Below are positions 47,400 through 56,742 of a stretch of DNA of 64,000 nt, piece after piece. The stretch is from contig MFPR01000028.1 in NCBI GenBank assembly GCA_001784175.1, forward strand, positions 101,955 to 165,954, read 5' to 3'. A program made the position numbers and the translations under genes. How positions within the stretch are numbered: position 1 is the stretch's first letter; each line of letters opens with the position of its first letter. The notes under the pieces were generated by a model. It saw nothing but the letters and a program-made list of their open reading frames with translations. It was not told the DNA's origin and did no database searches. The DNA is from Candidatus Lindowbacteria bacterium RIFCSPLOWO2_12_FULL_62_27 (GTDB taxonomy: Bacteria; Lindowbacteria; 2-12-FULL-62-27).

Positions 47400-48655
47400 C
47401 TGCGGACATGTTCGTGGCATTTGATCAGAACGATCCGCAAAATCTTTTCGAGGTAACGCATGCCGGTCAGAGAAATATCGAGGCTTTTTTGAATAGTCGC
47501 GACGATCTGTTTGAATTTGGCCGACGCATTTTCCAGATGTTTCGCCACCTGCGTGTCGCTCTTGCCGATCATCTGGGCGATATCGAGATTCGTCATTGCT
47601 CTTTCATCGCGCGGATCTGCGGCGCCGCCGGGCCGACGTTTCAATTCGCCGGTCGCGGGGTCGCTCATGGCGGTCAGCACGGTCAGCTGCATCGGCGTAA
47701 ATGCGGTCCCGACGTCGATCATCCGTTCGACGAACTCTTCAACCTCCCCCGTGTCCGCTTCTTCCGGCGCATCGGAATCGGACTCCGGTTCCGCGAGACG
47801 CAGTTTCCGTCCGCCCTTGCGTCTGAGACCCCGACGGCTCTCGACATCCACGTTACCCTCGACATCCGCGCCACGGTCGCCATCGTCGGTCTCATGGGAT
47901 CGGCCAAGATCGACCTGCTTGCGCGGAACGAAACCGAGGACAATCGAAAACGTGTTGGAGATATCAGAAACGGCCATGGCAAGGGGCGAGGGGTTCATTT
48001 GTGTCTTCTCGTATCCCTCGCTGAATTTAAAACTGACTTTCACGGCACGCACAGCTTTTTGGGGCGGAAACCGGTCGCCGCGCCATTTTTGCAGGTCGAC
48101 CCACTCTGATATATCGTGAAGCAGGAAACGCAGAATGACCCGATCGGGCGCGTTCCAGCCGGTACGTTTCCGGCGGCGCGGCAGGTAGTGGTCTTTCATT
48201 TGGGTATCCCTGAATTCGGCGCCGACCATGACGTATGTTCTGGTTTTCAGCGCAGTCCGGACATTGTCGAAGACGCGGTATTTCTCCTGCAGATGCTGTT
48301 CGATGTGCCGGGTGACGTCATTGTAAATGATTTTGTTGAGCTGGAACGCGAAACTCTCGGCAGGCGTTAGATGGCTAAATTCGGGTCTGTCGGGCCGCTT
48401 GTTTCTCTTTTTGTACAGCCGGTCGAGAATATCGTCCACGATTTTCTCGATATCGAAGACCGACGTGGCGACGACCTTGCCGGGCGTCTTCGACAATCGC
48501 CAGCCACCCGTCTTCGACAATCGCCGGCGGATTATTCCTTCGATCACCTGTCGAAGACTCTCCAAGTCTTGAGGAGATATTCGGTCGGCAAAATACGCCT
48601 CTAACCACTCGACCCTTTGATCCATCGCAGACGGCTTGGCCACCTTCGTTTTCAC
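47381..48655 (-). CDS. Atypical ECF-like sigma factor (sigma2 and sigma4 with a long insertion)
   Basis: sigma2-like DIEKIVDDILDRLYKK...FAFQLNKIIYNDVTRHI; sigma4-like FTPMQLTVL...MTNLDIAQMIGKSDTQVAKHLENASAKF. Confidence 0.6.
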   Translation of the reverse strand: MKTKVAKPSAMDQRVEWLEAYFADRISPQDLESLRQVIEGIIRRRLSKTGGWRLSKTPGKVVATSVFDIEKIVDDILDRLYKKRNKRPDRPEFSHLTPAESFAFQLNKIIYNDVTRHIEQHLQEKYRVFDNVRTALKTRTYVMVGAEFRDTQMKDHYLPRRRKRTGWNAPDRVILRFLLHDISEWVDLQKWRGDRFPPQKAVRAVKVSFKFSEGYEKTQMNPSPLAMAVSDISNTFSIVLGFVPRKQVDLGRSHETDDGDRGADVEGNVDVESRRGLRRKGGRKLRLAEPESDSDAPEEADTGEVEEFVERMIDVGTAFTPMQLTVLTAMSDPATGELKRRPGGAADPRDERAMTNLDIAQMIGKSDTQVAKHLENASAKFKQIVATIQKSLDISLTGMRYLEKILRIVLIKCHEHVRSRNNPA

Positions 48656-48729
48656 GCGGGCAGTTTCCTTTAGCGCTCCAGGAAAATCAACAGAGTTTCA
48701 AACCTGCCCGGAATTTATATGACCGCGAC

Positions 48730-48752
48730 CCCGGAAGAAATCGAAATTCGGC
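48730..48752 (+). repeat. 23-bp direct repeat (second copy 49344-49366) carrying the CCGGAA box
   Basis: CCCGGAAGAAATCGAAATTCGGC occurs twice, followed by TGTTTCAT and CATTTTAT respectively. Confidence 0.85.
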
Positions 48753-48796
48753 TGTTTCATCGAGCAGGGCCAAAAATTCCGGGCGGGTAAGACACT

Positions 48797-49180
48797 ATGA
48801 CAGGAGAAGGGAAGAATCGAATCGAGGATTTTACAGGCTATATCGTCACGATCATTTTGCGAAGCAAGAGCGATCCGTCTGATTTCAGGTTGGAAACGAT
48901 CCAAATTCCCGGCTTGGAAGTCAAAGACCGGGCGATTGAGAAATTAATGGAAGAATTCGGTGATCAGGATGTGGAACTATTTGATACCGAAGTGGTCAGA
49001 TTTCACACCAGGTGTTTGGTCACCCCGTTGCCCAATGAAAAGAGTCTGAGATCCTCCAAGGTAACCAGTCAGACTATTGTCAAAGAGATCCAGCCCTTTT
49101 CCAAGGACAGCGACATTACTTATGACGCAATCCTGGACCGAATCGTGGAGGATATGACGCGGTGGGAACTGGGGAGGTAG
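48797..49180 (+). CDS. Hypothetical acidic protein divergent from the sigma-like gene
   Basis: 127-aa ORF, AT-richer. Confidence 0.6.
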   Translation: MTGEGKNRIEDFTGYIVTIILRSKSDPSDFRLETIQIPGLEVKDRAIEKLMEEFGDQDVELFDTEVVRFHTRCLVTPLPNEKSLRSSKVTSQTIVKEIQPFSKDSDITYDAILDRIVEDMTRWELGR

Positions 49181-49233
49181 ATGCAAACGGGAGCAGAAAA
49201 TGCTGCGTAGGATTCAGGGGGTCGATGGGTATT

Positions 49234-49304
49234 CGTCATTCCCGCGGGAATCCAGGGCTTTCCCCAGAGAACCAGACTGGATGCCCGCTTTCGCGGGCAT
49301 GACG
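49234..49304. repeat. REP-like inverted pair (GTCATTCCCGCG..GGAATCCA type)
   Basis: CGTCATTCCCGCGGGAATCCAG ... CTGGATGCCCGCTTTCGCGGGCATGACG. Confidence 0.7.
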
Positions 49305-49344
49305 ACCCAAAAAAATACCGGTAAATCCGAATCGGCCTCCAGAC

Positions 49345-49374
49345 CCGGAAGAAATCGAAATTCGGCCATTTTAT
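49345..49374 (+). promoter_or_regulatory. CCGGAA-N16-CATTTTAT motif variant
   Basis: Same spacing; upstream of the 49413 ORF. Confidence 0.55.
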
Positions 49375-49412
49375 AGACCAGGTGGCAAAAGAGAACGATG
49401 GAGGTGGGGGCG

Positions 49413-49631
49413 ATGCGGAAGGATGCGAACGACGGGATGTTTTTTGTGATCGACCGGAATTCCATGTTGGGCGAATGCCGATTCCTAAGGGGTCTGGAAC
49501 CCGGACCCGGTCCGGTGTCCCGGTTCGACCTGCAGGATGCGTCCCGGATCTACCGGGAGATGACCGGGACGGATTTGGACATACAGGCGACCGGGGAAAT
49601 TCTGCTTCGACGCGGGTGGGATGACGAATGA
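49413..49631 (+). CDS. Small hypothetical protein
   Basis: GGAGGTG RBS; ATGA-coupled to the next ORF. Confidence 0.5.
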   Translation: MRKDANDGMFFVIDRNSMLGECRFLRGLEPGPGPVSRFDLQDASRIYREMTGTDLDIQATGEILLRRGWDDE

Positions 49632-49879
49632 TGGTCCTGGTGTGTCTCGTCATCGGATTTCTCATCGGCTGGTTTTCAGGATTTTCCGCCGGGCAGGAGG
49701 AGACGCGCAGGCGGTTCCAGGCGTGGTTGCAGAGCCAAACTCAGGGACCGCCGGCCGAGGAGGCTCGCCGGGTGCTTAAAGAAATGGAAAGGGCGTACCG
49801 GGTGTTTGCCAATTACGGGGAGCGCGAGCGGCAGAAACAGTTGCGGGAACTCTGGTACGAGGAGCACAAGGATGGGTAG
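49628..49879 (+). CDS. Small membrane-anchored hypothetical protein
   Basis: N-terminal hydrophobic helix then charged helix. Confidence 0.55.
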   Translation: MMVLVCLVIGFLIGWFSGFSAGQEETRRRFQAWLQSQTQGPPAEEARRVLKEMERAYRVFANYGERERQKQLRELWYEEHKDG

Positions 49880-49923
49880 CAACGTTCGCTCCTTCAGGCG
49901 GCGAGATATTTTTTCGGCCAGAG

Positions 49924-49952
49924 GCGGAATTTGGCCCGGAACCGGTATTAAT
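49924..49952 (+). promoter_or_regulatory. GCGGAA-N16-TATTAAT motif variant
   Basis: Same spacing; about 50 nt upstream of the envelope operon. Confidence 0.55.
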
Positions 49953-50003
49953 ACAGATTAGACAGGCGATCTTTCAAATTCTATTCACAAGGGGGGTGTC
50001 CGT

Positions 50004-50873
50004 ATGAAGGGCTATCTGGTGGCGTTGGTCTGTCTGGCTTTGGTAGTGCAATCGTCGGAGCAGGCTCATGCCGAACTCCGTAAGCGCGTCCTGATCGATG
50101 TCCGGATGCCCGATACGACGGCCCGGGGAGTGGTCGAAGGCGTGCTGGCGAAGGAGCTTGGCCGCTACAAGGATATCCTTGTGATTGACGAGCGATACGA
50201 GCAGAGTTTTCTGCCGTTTATGAAATACAAGGCCCACGTGATCGTTCAGGTCGAGGTCCTGCAGATGTACGCCGACGACATTAAAAAAGTCCCTGGATTT
50301 TTTCGGCGGTTTGGCGGCGGGGTCGGCGATGCGGCGCTTGTCGCGCTCTGGCTCGGCACCCTGGGGTTCGCCGAATCCGCCATGGACGATTGGGGCGAGA
50401 CGGGTGGCAATCACATGTCCCGCGATGTTGAAGGCCACTTCGTCGCCAACATCACCCTGTTTGACATGTGGACCGAACGATCGTTCGCCCGCACCCAGAC
50501 CAATTTCAAGATTCGGGTCAAAAACGCCCATCACGACGACGAAAAAATCATGCTGACGTGCATCGCCGAGCGCGGATTCAGGGATGTCGCCCGATGGATC
50601 CAAAAGGAGACCCGGACACGGGACGGGCAGACGTGGGTCTTCGCGGAAAACGCAGACCGCGTCTTCGTCAACGCCGGGTCCCTCGACGGCCTCAACAAGG
50701 GCAGCCGGCTGAAAGTCTATCGGCCCCAGCCCATTTACGCGCCGCGCAGCAAAACGGTCCTCGGCCATTCGGCCGTTTACGAGTGCGACATTCGCATCGT
50801 GCAGGTAGATGAACTCTTTTCGCTCGCCGAGCCGGTCAAACACGCGCTTTCGGGCGAATACATTTCAAAATAA
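50004..50873 (+). CDS. Secreted protein with FlgT-C-like domain (CsgG/FlgT-like)
   Basis: Signal peptide; VFVNAGSLDGLNKGSRLKVYR...VLG...IRIVQVDELFSLA. Confidence 0.65.
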   Translation: MKGYLVALVCLALVVQSSEQAHAELRKRVLIDVRMPDTTARGVVEGVLAKELGRYKDILVIDERYEQSFLPFMKYKAHVIVQVEVLQMYADDIKKVPGFFRRFGGGVGDAALVALWLGTLGFAESAMDDWGETGGNHMSRDVEGHFVANITLFDMWTERSFARTQTNFKIRVKNAHHDDEKIMLTCIAERGFRDVARWIQKETRTRDGQTWVFAENADRVFVNAGSLDGLNKGSRLKVYRPQPIYAPRSKTVLGHSAVYECDIRIVQVDELFSLAEPVKHALSGEYISK

Positions 50874-50886
50874 AGGGGTGGTGAAT

Positions 50887-51483
50887 ATGCGGTACAGAAC
50901 AATTCTTGCAGGAATCGCGGCGATGGCGATCGGAGCGACCGTTGCCGGATGCAAAATGCGCGTCAACACGGCCGTCCCGCCCAGCCCCGGCGAGAAGATT
51001 ATCTGGAAATCACACGACCGCCGGCCGGAGTGGGTTCAGGTCCAGCAGGGGGATCGCGGTGGATTCTACTACGCGACCGGACTTTCCGACCGGTTCACGA
51101 CGGAGCTGGATGCGCGGGAGCACGCAATGTTCAAGGCCCGGCAGGCCATCGCGGATTACGTCTTGGGATTCGTGCAAACCGAGTACAAGGAATCTCGGAC
51201 CCGAGCCCACACCGCCGGCGACGGGGCCGATGCGCAGGTCGAGGCCGGCCATACCGTCACATCGACGGCCCGGGTGGCCGTGTCGCAGGTCAGGCCAAAG
51301 GAGTGGTATCTGGAAAAAGTCCAGACGGAGAACGGGAAAGTCCTGTGGACGGCGATCGTGTTGGCGGAGGCGCCGCGCGATGTCATCCAGAGGGAGGTGG
51401 CGCGGATCGGCGTCGCCTTGAAAAAATTGGAGCAGGACACGCCGGCCACGGAGGGAGCCAAGACGACCCGGCAGGACTTTTGA
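50887..51483 (+). CDS. LPP20-like lipoprotein
   Basis: Lipobox VAGC; RPEWV...YYATGLS...AREHAMFKARQAIA. Confidence 0.7.
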   Translation: MRYRTILAGIAAMAIGATVAGCKMRVNTAVPPSPGEKIIWKSHDRRPEWVQVQQGDRGGFYYATGLSDRFTTELDAREHAMFKARQAIADYVLGFVQTEYKESRTRAHTAGDGADAQVEAGHTVTSTARVAVSQVRPKEWYLEKVQTENGKVLWTAIVLAEAPRDVIQREVARIGVALKKLEQDTPATEGAKTTRQDF

Positions 51484-51491
51484 GGCATGCC

Positions 51492-52388
51492 ATGGCCATA
51501 TGGAAACCCGTTCTCACAGCGCTCATCGCGTTAATATTTTCTGTTCAGGTGAATGCGACAGCGGATTTACGCGCACATCGGCCCGCTTGGGTCGTTTGTG
51601 AGCCGGCGCCCACGGACGCGGAATATTTTTTTGTCGGCATATCGGAGCCGCAGCCAACCGAGTTTTCGGCCCGGGAAGGCGCCCGGCGGCACGCACTGCG
51701 GCAGGCCGCCGACTTCACGGGAATTCAAGTGTTTCACTCCACATCTGAAGACCGGTCTCGAAAATCCGAGGCGGCTGCCGGGATCGTTCATATGGACAAT
51801 GTGGCCGTGGCCGAAACCGTTTCGGATTTTTTCGTTCGCCGGCTCAAGGCGAAAGAATGGTTTCTGGAGAGACAGTCCGGTCCGGATTCCCACCGGCGGC
51901 GATGGGTCGCGCACCTGCTGGTCGCGATCCCTCGCGTCGAAGTCGATAAGGCGATCGAAGCGGAGCAAACCCGGCGCGCCGACGCGGCGAACCAGGAGCG
52001 CCTGTATCCGGATGGCGCTGTCGTGTGCGTGGAGGATGCCCCATCGCCGTTTTCCGCGATTTTGAAAACAGGGATCGAACAGCATCTTTCGAAGTTCCAT
52101 ATTTCCGTTTTCGATCAGGCTTCGTCAGCGCTGCCCGATATTCCGATTCTGCGCTTGTCCATAGATGTCGACCGGGAACACACCATTTACGATCGTCAAT
52201 TTGTGCTGGCCAGGATCGTCTGCCGCATCCAGCGCCGGATGGCCGACGGGACGACGGTGACTGAACATTCGGTAGGAGGCTCCAATAGGGCCTATGCGCG
52301 CACAATCGAAATCGCGACGGAAACGGCGGTGGACGAGTTCCTGGGAGACGAGGGCCGCAAGCTGATCCGTGCAATCCGGGGATGGTGA
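51492..52388 (+). CDS. Secreted LPP20-like protein (paralog of the preceding gene)
   Basis: RPAWV...FFVGIS...AREGARRHALRQAA...KEWFLE. Confidence 0.65.
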   Translation: MAIWKPVLTALIALIFSVQVNATADLRAHRPAWVVCEPAPTDAEYFFVGISEPQPTEFSAREGARRHALRQAADFTGIQVFHSTSEDRSRKSEAAAGIVHMDNVAVAETVSDFFVRRLKAKEWFLERQSGPDSHRRRWVAHLLVAIPRVEVDKAIEAEQTRRADAANQERLYPDGAVVCVEDAPSPFSAILKTGIEQHLSKFHISVFDQASSALPDIPILRLSIDVDREHTIYDRQFVLARIVCRIQRRMADGTTVTEHSVGGSNRAYARTIEIATETAVDEFLGDEGRKLIRAIRGW

Positions 52389-52435
52389 GAAGAATGGACA
52401 ATCACGGAGAAAATAGAAGCGAAAAGAAATAGCGT

Positions 52436-55400
52436 TTAGCGTTTAAGCAAACGTCCCTTCCAGATCGAATAAATCGCCGGATAGACCAACAGCTCCATCA
52501 GAAACGACGAGAAGATGCCGCCGACCATCGGCGCGGCGATTCGTTTCATGACGTCCGCGCCGGCTTCGCCCAAGCCCGCCCACATGATGGGCAAAAGGCC
52601 CATGAACGTCGTGCCGACGGTCATCAGTTTCGGCCGGATGCGCTTCACGGCGCCTTCGCGAATGGCGGCATCGAGGTCCTCTTGCGTTTTCATCCGCCCG
52701 GATTTGACGCGGTCGGCGTAGGCCATTTCCAGGTACAGGAGCATGATCACGCCCGTTTCGGCGTCCACGCCGGCCAGCGCGAGAAGGCCGACCCAGACGG
52801 CGACGGACATGTTGTAATCGAGGACCCAGAGAAGCCAGAACGCGCCGATCAGGGAGAAGGGAACCGCCAGCATCACGATGGCCGTTTTCACCGCTGATTT
52901 TGTGTTGAGGTACAGCAGGAGGAAAATCACAAACAGCGTGAGTGGGACCACCCATACCAGCTTCGCCTTGGCGCGCTCGAGGTACCGGAACTGCCCCGCC
53001 CATTCGAGCCGCACGCCCGGCGGGAGGTTAATTTTCTCCTGGATCACGCGCTGAGCCTCCTCGACGTATCCGCCCAGGTCCCGGTCCTTGACGTCGATGA
53101 AAATGAACGTCGCCAGCGATCCGTCCTCATTGCGGATGTCCGACGGGCCGGTCTTGAAGCGGATGTCGGCAAACTGGCCGATGGGCACCTGCGCGCCGGT
53201 CGGGGTCGCGACTTTGACGCGGCTCAGTTTGTCGAGATCGTCGCGAAAATCGCGCGGATAGCGGACGTTGATCGGATACCGCTCGCGGCCTTCGATCGTC
53301 GTCGCGACGTTGGCGCCTCCGATCGCCGTTTCGATGATCTCCTCGACTTCCGCCACCTGCAGGCCGTACCGCGCGGCCTCGCTCCGGTTGATTTCGAAAT
53401 CGATGAAATTCCCGCCGGTGACGCGTTCGGCGAAGACCGACCGCGTGCCGCGGATGTCCTTGAGTGCCGCCTCGATGCCGTTGGCGGTCTGCTGGATTAC
53501 TTCGAGGTCGGCGCCCATGACCTTGATGCCCACGGGCGACCGCACGCCGGTGGTCAGCATTTCGATCCGGGTCTGGATCGGCATCCACCAGACGTTGGGC
53601 ATTCCGGGAAATTGCAGATGCGCGTCCATCTCCTCCTTCAGCCGCTCGACCGTCACGCCGGGCCGCCACTGGTGCATCGGCTTCAGGGTGATGATCGATT
53701 CGACCATCATGATCGGCGCGGGGTCGGTGGCCGATTCGAACCGGCCGATCTTGCCGAAGACGTGCTCGACTTCGGGAAACTGCATGATGATCTTGTCCAT
53801 CGAGTGCAGGACCTGGCCGGCCTGCGTGATGGACATGCCGGGCAGTCCCGTGGGCATGTAGAGGAACGTTCCCTCCCAGAGCGGCGGCATGAATTCCGAT
53901 CCAAGCTGGAAATAGATTGGGATGGAGATCAGCATCAGCGCGACGGCCGCAAGGATCACCCCGCGCCGGTGCTTCAAGACGAACGTGACGCACGGATCGT
54001 ACAGGCGATGCAGAAACCGGCTGACGGGATGGGTCTCCTCCGAGTGGAATTTCCCGCCCCAGAGCAGGTTGGCCAGCGCGGTTTTCCATTTCGATGCGAA
54101 GGCGTATTCCTTCCCGGGCAAAAACAAGGTGAGGAGGGCGGGCGCCAGCGTGATGGCGACGAGCGCGGCGAAGGCCATCGAGAAATTCTTGGTGAAGGCC
54201 AGCGGCTTGAAGAGCCGGCCCTCCTGGGCTTCGAGCGTGAAGATCGGCATGAAGGAAACGGCGATGACGAGGAGCGAAAAGAAAATCGACGGGCCGACTT
54301 CCTGCGCCGACTCGATCAAAACGTCCACCGCCGGACGCTGCCGGCCTTCGTGGTTCCACGTCTCGAGGCGCTTGTGCGTGTTCTCGATGATGACGATGGA
54401 GGCGTCGACCATCGCGCCGACCGCAATGGCGATCCCGCCGAGCGACATGATGCTGGCGGTGATGCCCATGTAATACATGGGGATGAACCCCAAGATGACC
54501 GCGACCGGCAGCGTCACGATCGGAATGAGGGAGCTTCGGACGTGCCAGAGGAAAAACAGGATCACCAGCGCGACGACGATCATCTCTTCCGTCAACTTGT
54601 TCTTGAGCGTGTGAATGGCCGCGTTGATCAGGGTCGAGCGGTCATACGTGACGACCACGCGCACGCCCTCCGGCATCGACGCTTCCAGCGATTTCAGTTT
54701 GTCCTTCACGCGCGCGATCACGTTCAGCGCGTTTTCGCCGTAGCGCATGATGACCAGACCGCCGACGGCTTCGCCCTTGCCGTCCAGTTCCACCACGCCG
54801 CGCCGCATGTCGGGCCCGAGATGGATCCGCGCGACCTGTCCAAGCAGCACGGGCGTGCCGCCATGCACGGCCACCGGGATTTTTTCGAGGTCGGCCGTCG
54901 ACCGGACGTAGCCCCGGCCGCGGATCATGTACTCGCGTTCGGCGATTTCGAGGACGCGCCCGCCGACGTCGTTGTTCGACCTCCGGATGGCGTCGATCAC
55001 GGTTTTAAGCGGAATGTCGTAGGCCAGGAGCGCGTTCGGGTCGACCTCCACCTGGTACTGTTTGACAAACCCGCCGATCGACGCGACCTCCGCGACGCCT
55101 TCCACGCTCGCCAGAGCGTAGCGCAGGTTCCAGTCTTGGAAACTCCGCAGTTCCGAGAGGTCGTGCTTGCCGCTCTCGTCCACCAGCGCGTATTCGAATA
55201 CCCATCCGACGCCGGTGGCGTCCGGCCCGATGGACGGCCGCACGCCGGCCGGGAGCTTCGACAGCGACTGGTTCAGATATTCGAGGACGCGGGACCGCGC
55301 CCAGTACATGTCGGTACCTTCTTCAAACACGACATACACAAACGAAACGTCAAAAAATGACTGCCCGCGGACGAACTGGACCTTCGGCGCCGACAGGAGC

Positions 55401-55615
55401 GACGTGACGATCGGGTAGGTGATCTGATCCTCGACGAGATCGGGTGACCGGCCGTCCCACTCGGTCAGGATGATGACCTGCACGTCGGAGAGGTCCGGGA
55501 TGGCGTCCAGCGGAAGCCTCTGCAGGGACCAGAGTCCCGCCAGGACGAAAAAGATCGTCAGCGTAAAAACGATGAAGCGGTTTCGTGCGCACCACGCGAT
55601 CAGCCGTTCGATCAA
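52436..55615 (-). CDS. cusA: CusA-type heavy-metal RND efflux permease
   Basis: DAIPDLSDVQVI, GPDATGVGW, AVGAMVDA, EFMPPL, RIRPKLMT, RIAAPMVGG. Confidence 0.95.
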   Translation of the reverse strand: MIERLIAWCARNRFIVFTLTIFFVLAGLWSLQRLPLDAIPDLSDVQVIILTEWDGRSPDLVEDQITYPIVTSLLSAPKVQFVRGQSFFDVSFVYVVFEEGTDMYWARSRVLEYLNQSLSKLPAGVRPSIGPDATGVGWVFEYALVDESGKHDLSELRSFQDWNLRYALASVEGVAEVASIGGFVKQYQVEVDPNALLAYDIPLKTVIDAIRRSNNDVGGRVLEIAEREYMIRGRGYVRSTADLEKIPVAVHGGTPVLLGQVARIHLGPDMRRGVVELDGKGEAVGGLVIMRYGENALNVIARVKDKLKSLEASMPEGVRVVVTYDRSTLINAAIHTLKNKLTEEMIVVALVILFFLWHVRSSLIPIVTLPVAVILGFIPMYYMGITASIMSLGGIAIAVGAMVDASIVIIENTHKRLETWNHEGRQRPAVDVLIESAQEVGPSIFFSLLVIAVSFMPIFTLEAQEGRLFKPLAFTKNFSMAFAALVAITLAPALLTLFLPGKEYAFASKWKTALANLLWGGKFHSEETHPVSRFLHRLYDPCVTFVLKHRRGVILAAVALMLISIPIYFQLGSEFMPPLWEGTFLYMPTGLPGMSITQAGQVLHSMDKIIMQFPEVEHVFGKIGRFESATDPAPIMMVESIITLKPMHQWRPGVTVERLKEEMDAHLQFPGMPNVWWMPIQTRIEMLTTGVRSPVGIKVMGADLEVIQQTANGIEAALKDIRGTRSVFAERVTGGNFIDFEINRSEAARYGLQVAEVEEIIETAIGGANVATTIEGRERYPINVRYPRDFRDDLDKLSRVKVATPTGAQVPIGQFADIRFKTGPSDIRNEDGSLATFIFIDVKDRDLGGYVEEAQRVIQEKINLPPGVRLEWAGQFRYLERAKAKLVWVVPLTLFVIFLLLYLNTKSAVKTAIVMLAVPFSLIGAFWLLWVLDYNMSVAVWVGLLALAGVDAETGVIMLLYLEMAYADRVKSGRMKTQEDLDAAIREGAVKRIRPKLMTVGTTFMGLLPIMWAGLGEAGADVMKRIAAPMVGGIFSSFLMELLVYPAIYSIWKGRLLKR

Positions 55616-56742
55616 TGCCGATGCACCCCCTTGCCCTCCGCCGCTTCCTTCCCGCCGTAGAACGACATGCCCGAAATTCCGGCGCGCAAGCGGCTTTCCG
55701 AATCGATCAGAAAATTCCCGCTGACCACGACCTCCTCGTTTTCGCTCAGGCCTTCCAGAATCTCGATCTTGCCTTCCGCCTTTCGCCCAATGCGCACCCG
55801 CCGCGGCTCAAACCGGCCGCCGCCCCGGTGCACGAAGACGTGCTGTTCGCTTCCGGAATTCAGGACCGCGTTTTCCGGCGCGGTCAGGGCGTCGCCGAGG
55901 CTGGAACGGATCAGCACGTTGGCGTAAAGATCGGGCTTGAGTTCGCTCGCGGGATCGTCGATCTCCGAACGGATTTTCACAGTGCGGGTTTTCGGGTTGA
56001 GGACGGGGTCGATTGCCAGGATTTTCCCCGAAAACATTTTCCCCGGATAGGCGGTCGCCTCGATCGTCACGGTCTGGCCCACGCGAACCAAAGACAGATC
56101 GGATTCGTAGACGTCCGCGTAGACCCAGACCTTCCCCGACTCCTGCGCGCCCAGGAGAAGCTGCGGGTCGACTTGCCGGCGGGCCCGCAGGCGCTGAATT
56201 TGCGCGTCGTTCAATCCGAGCAGTTTCAGCCGGGTCTCGGCGGCCTTCAGCAATTTCCAACTGCGCTCCCGCGACGCCGGCGGGGCCTCGCTCGACAACT
56301 CGACCAGGTCGACCGCCGACAGGTATTCCTCCTGCACCTGATAGAGATCCGGATCGTACGCGACCCGGCCGTAGGCGCGGATGATTTTCTCAAGCGATCC
56401 GCGTTCGACTCTCCCGAACCGCACGCCGATCAATTGCAGTTTCTCCGTGGGGATCGTCACCATGCCCCGGCCTTGGACCGTCGACCGCGCGCGCTCTGAC
56501 TCACCCTCCGGCTGCGTGCCTCCGCCGATTTTGGTCAGCGTCATGTTGCAGATGGGGCAGCGCCCCGGCTCATGCATGTGGACGTCCGGATGCATGGAGC
56601 AGGTGTAGTAATCGTGGGGCTTGGATTCGTCGATCGGCGTTTCGCTGAACCTGCCGGCGGACCGGCTCAAGTACATCCATGCGCCTCCGCCGGCGAGCGT
56701 CGCGACAAGCGCGATGGATGCGATCTTAGTGAGTCTGGTCAT
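55612..56742 (-). CDS. cusB: CusB-type periplasmic adaptor with heavy-metal-binding domain
   Basis: YTCSMHP...PGRCPICNMTL; SGNFLIDSESRL. Confidence 0.92.
   Translation of the reverse strand: MTRLTKIASIALVATLAGGGAWMYLSRSAGRFSETPIDESKPHDYYTCSMHPDVHMHEPGRCPICNMTLTKIGGGTQPEGESERARSTVQGRGMVTIPTEKLQLIGVRFGRVERGSLEKIIRAYGRVAYDPDLYQVQEEYLSAVDLVELSSEAPPASRERSWKLLKAAETRLKLLGLNDAQIQRLRARRQVDPQLLLGAQESGKVWVYADVYESDLSLVRVGQTVTIEATAYPGKMFSGKILAIDPVLNPKTRTVKIRSEIDDPASELKPDLYANVLIRSSLGDALTAPENAVLNSGSEQHVFVHRGGGRFEPRRVRIGRKAEGKIEILEGLSENEEVVVSGNFLIDSESRLRAGISGMSFYGGKEAAEGKGVHRH

Larger units (their letters stand above)
30364..52390. mobile_element. Accessory/defence-like island between rmuC and cusA (boundaries approximate)
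   Basis: Dense toxin-antitoxin modules, gene fragments, duplications and AT-richer patches; no integrase or att repeats seen. Confidence 0.6.

Noticed and set aside
48715-48743. Autoregulatory motif copy upstream of the sigma-like gene
   Set aside because: A CATATAA -10-like box is present, but no GGAA at the 16-nt spacing
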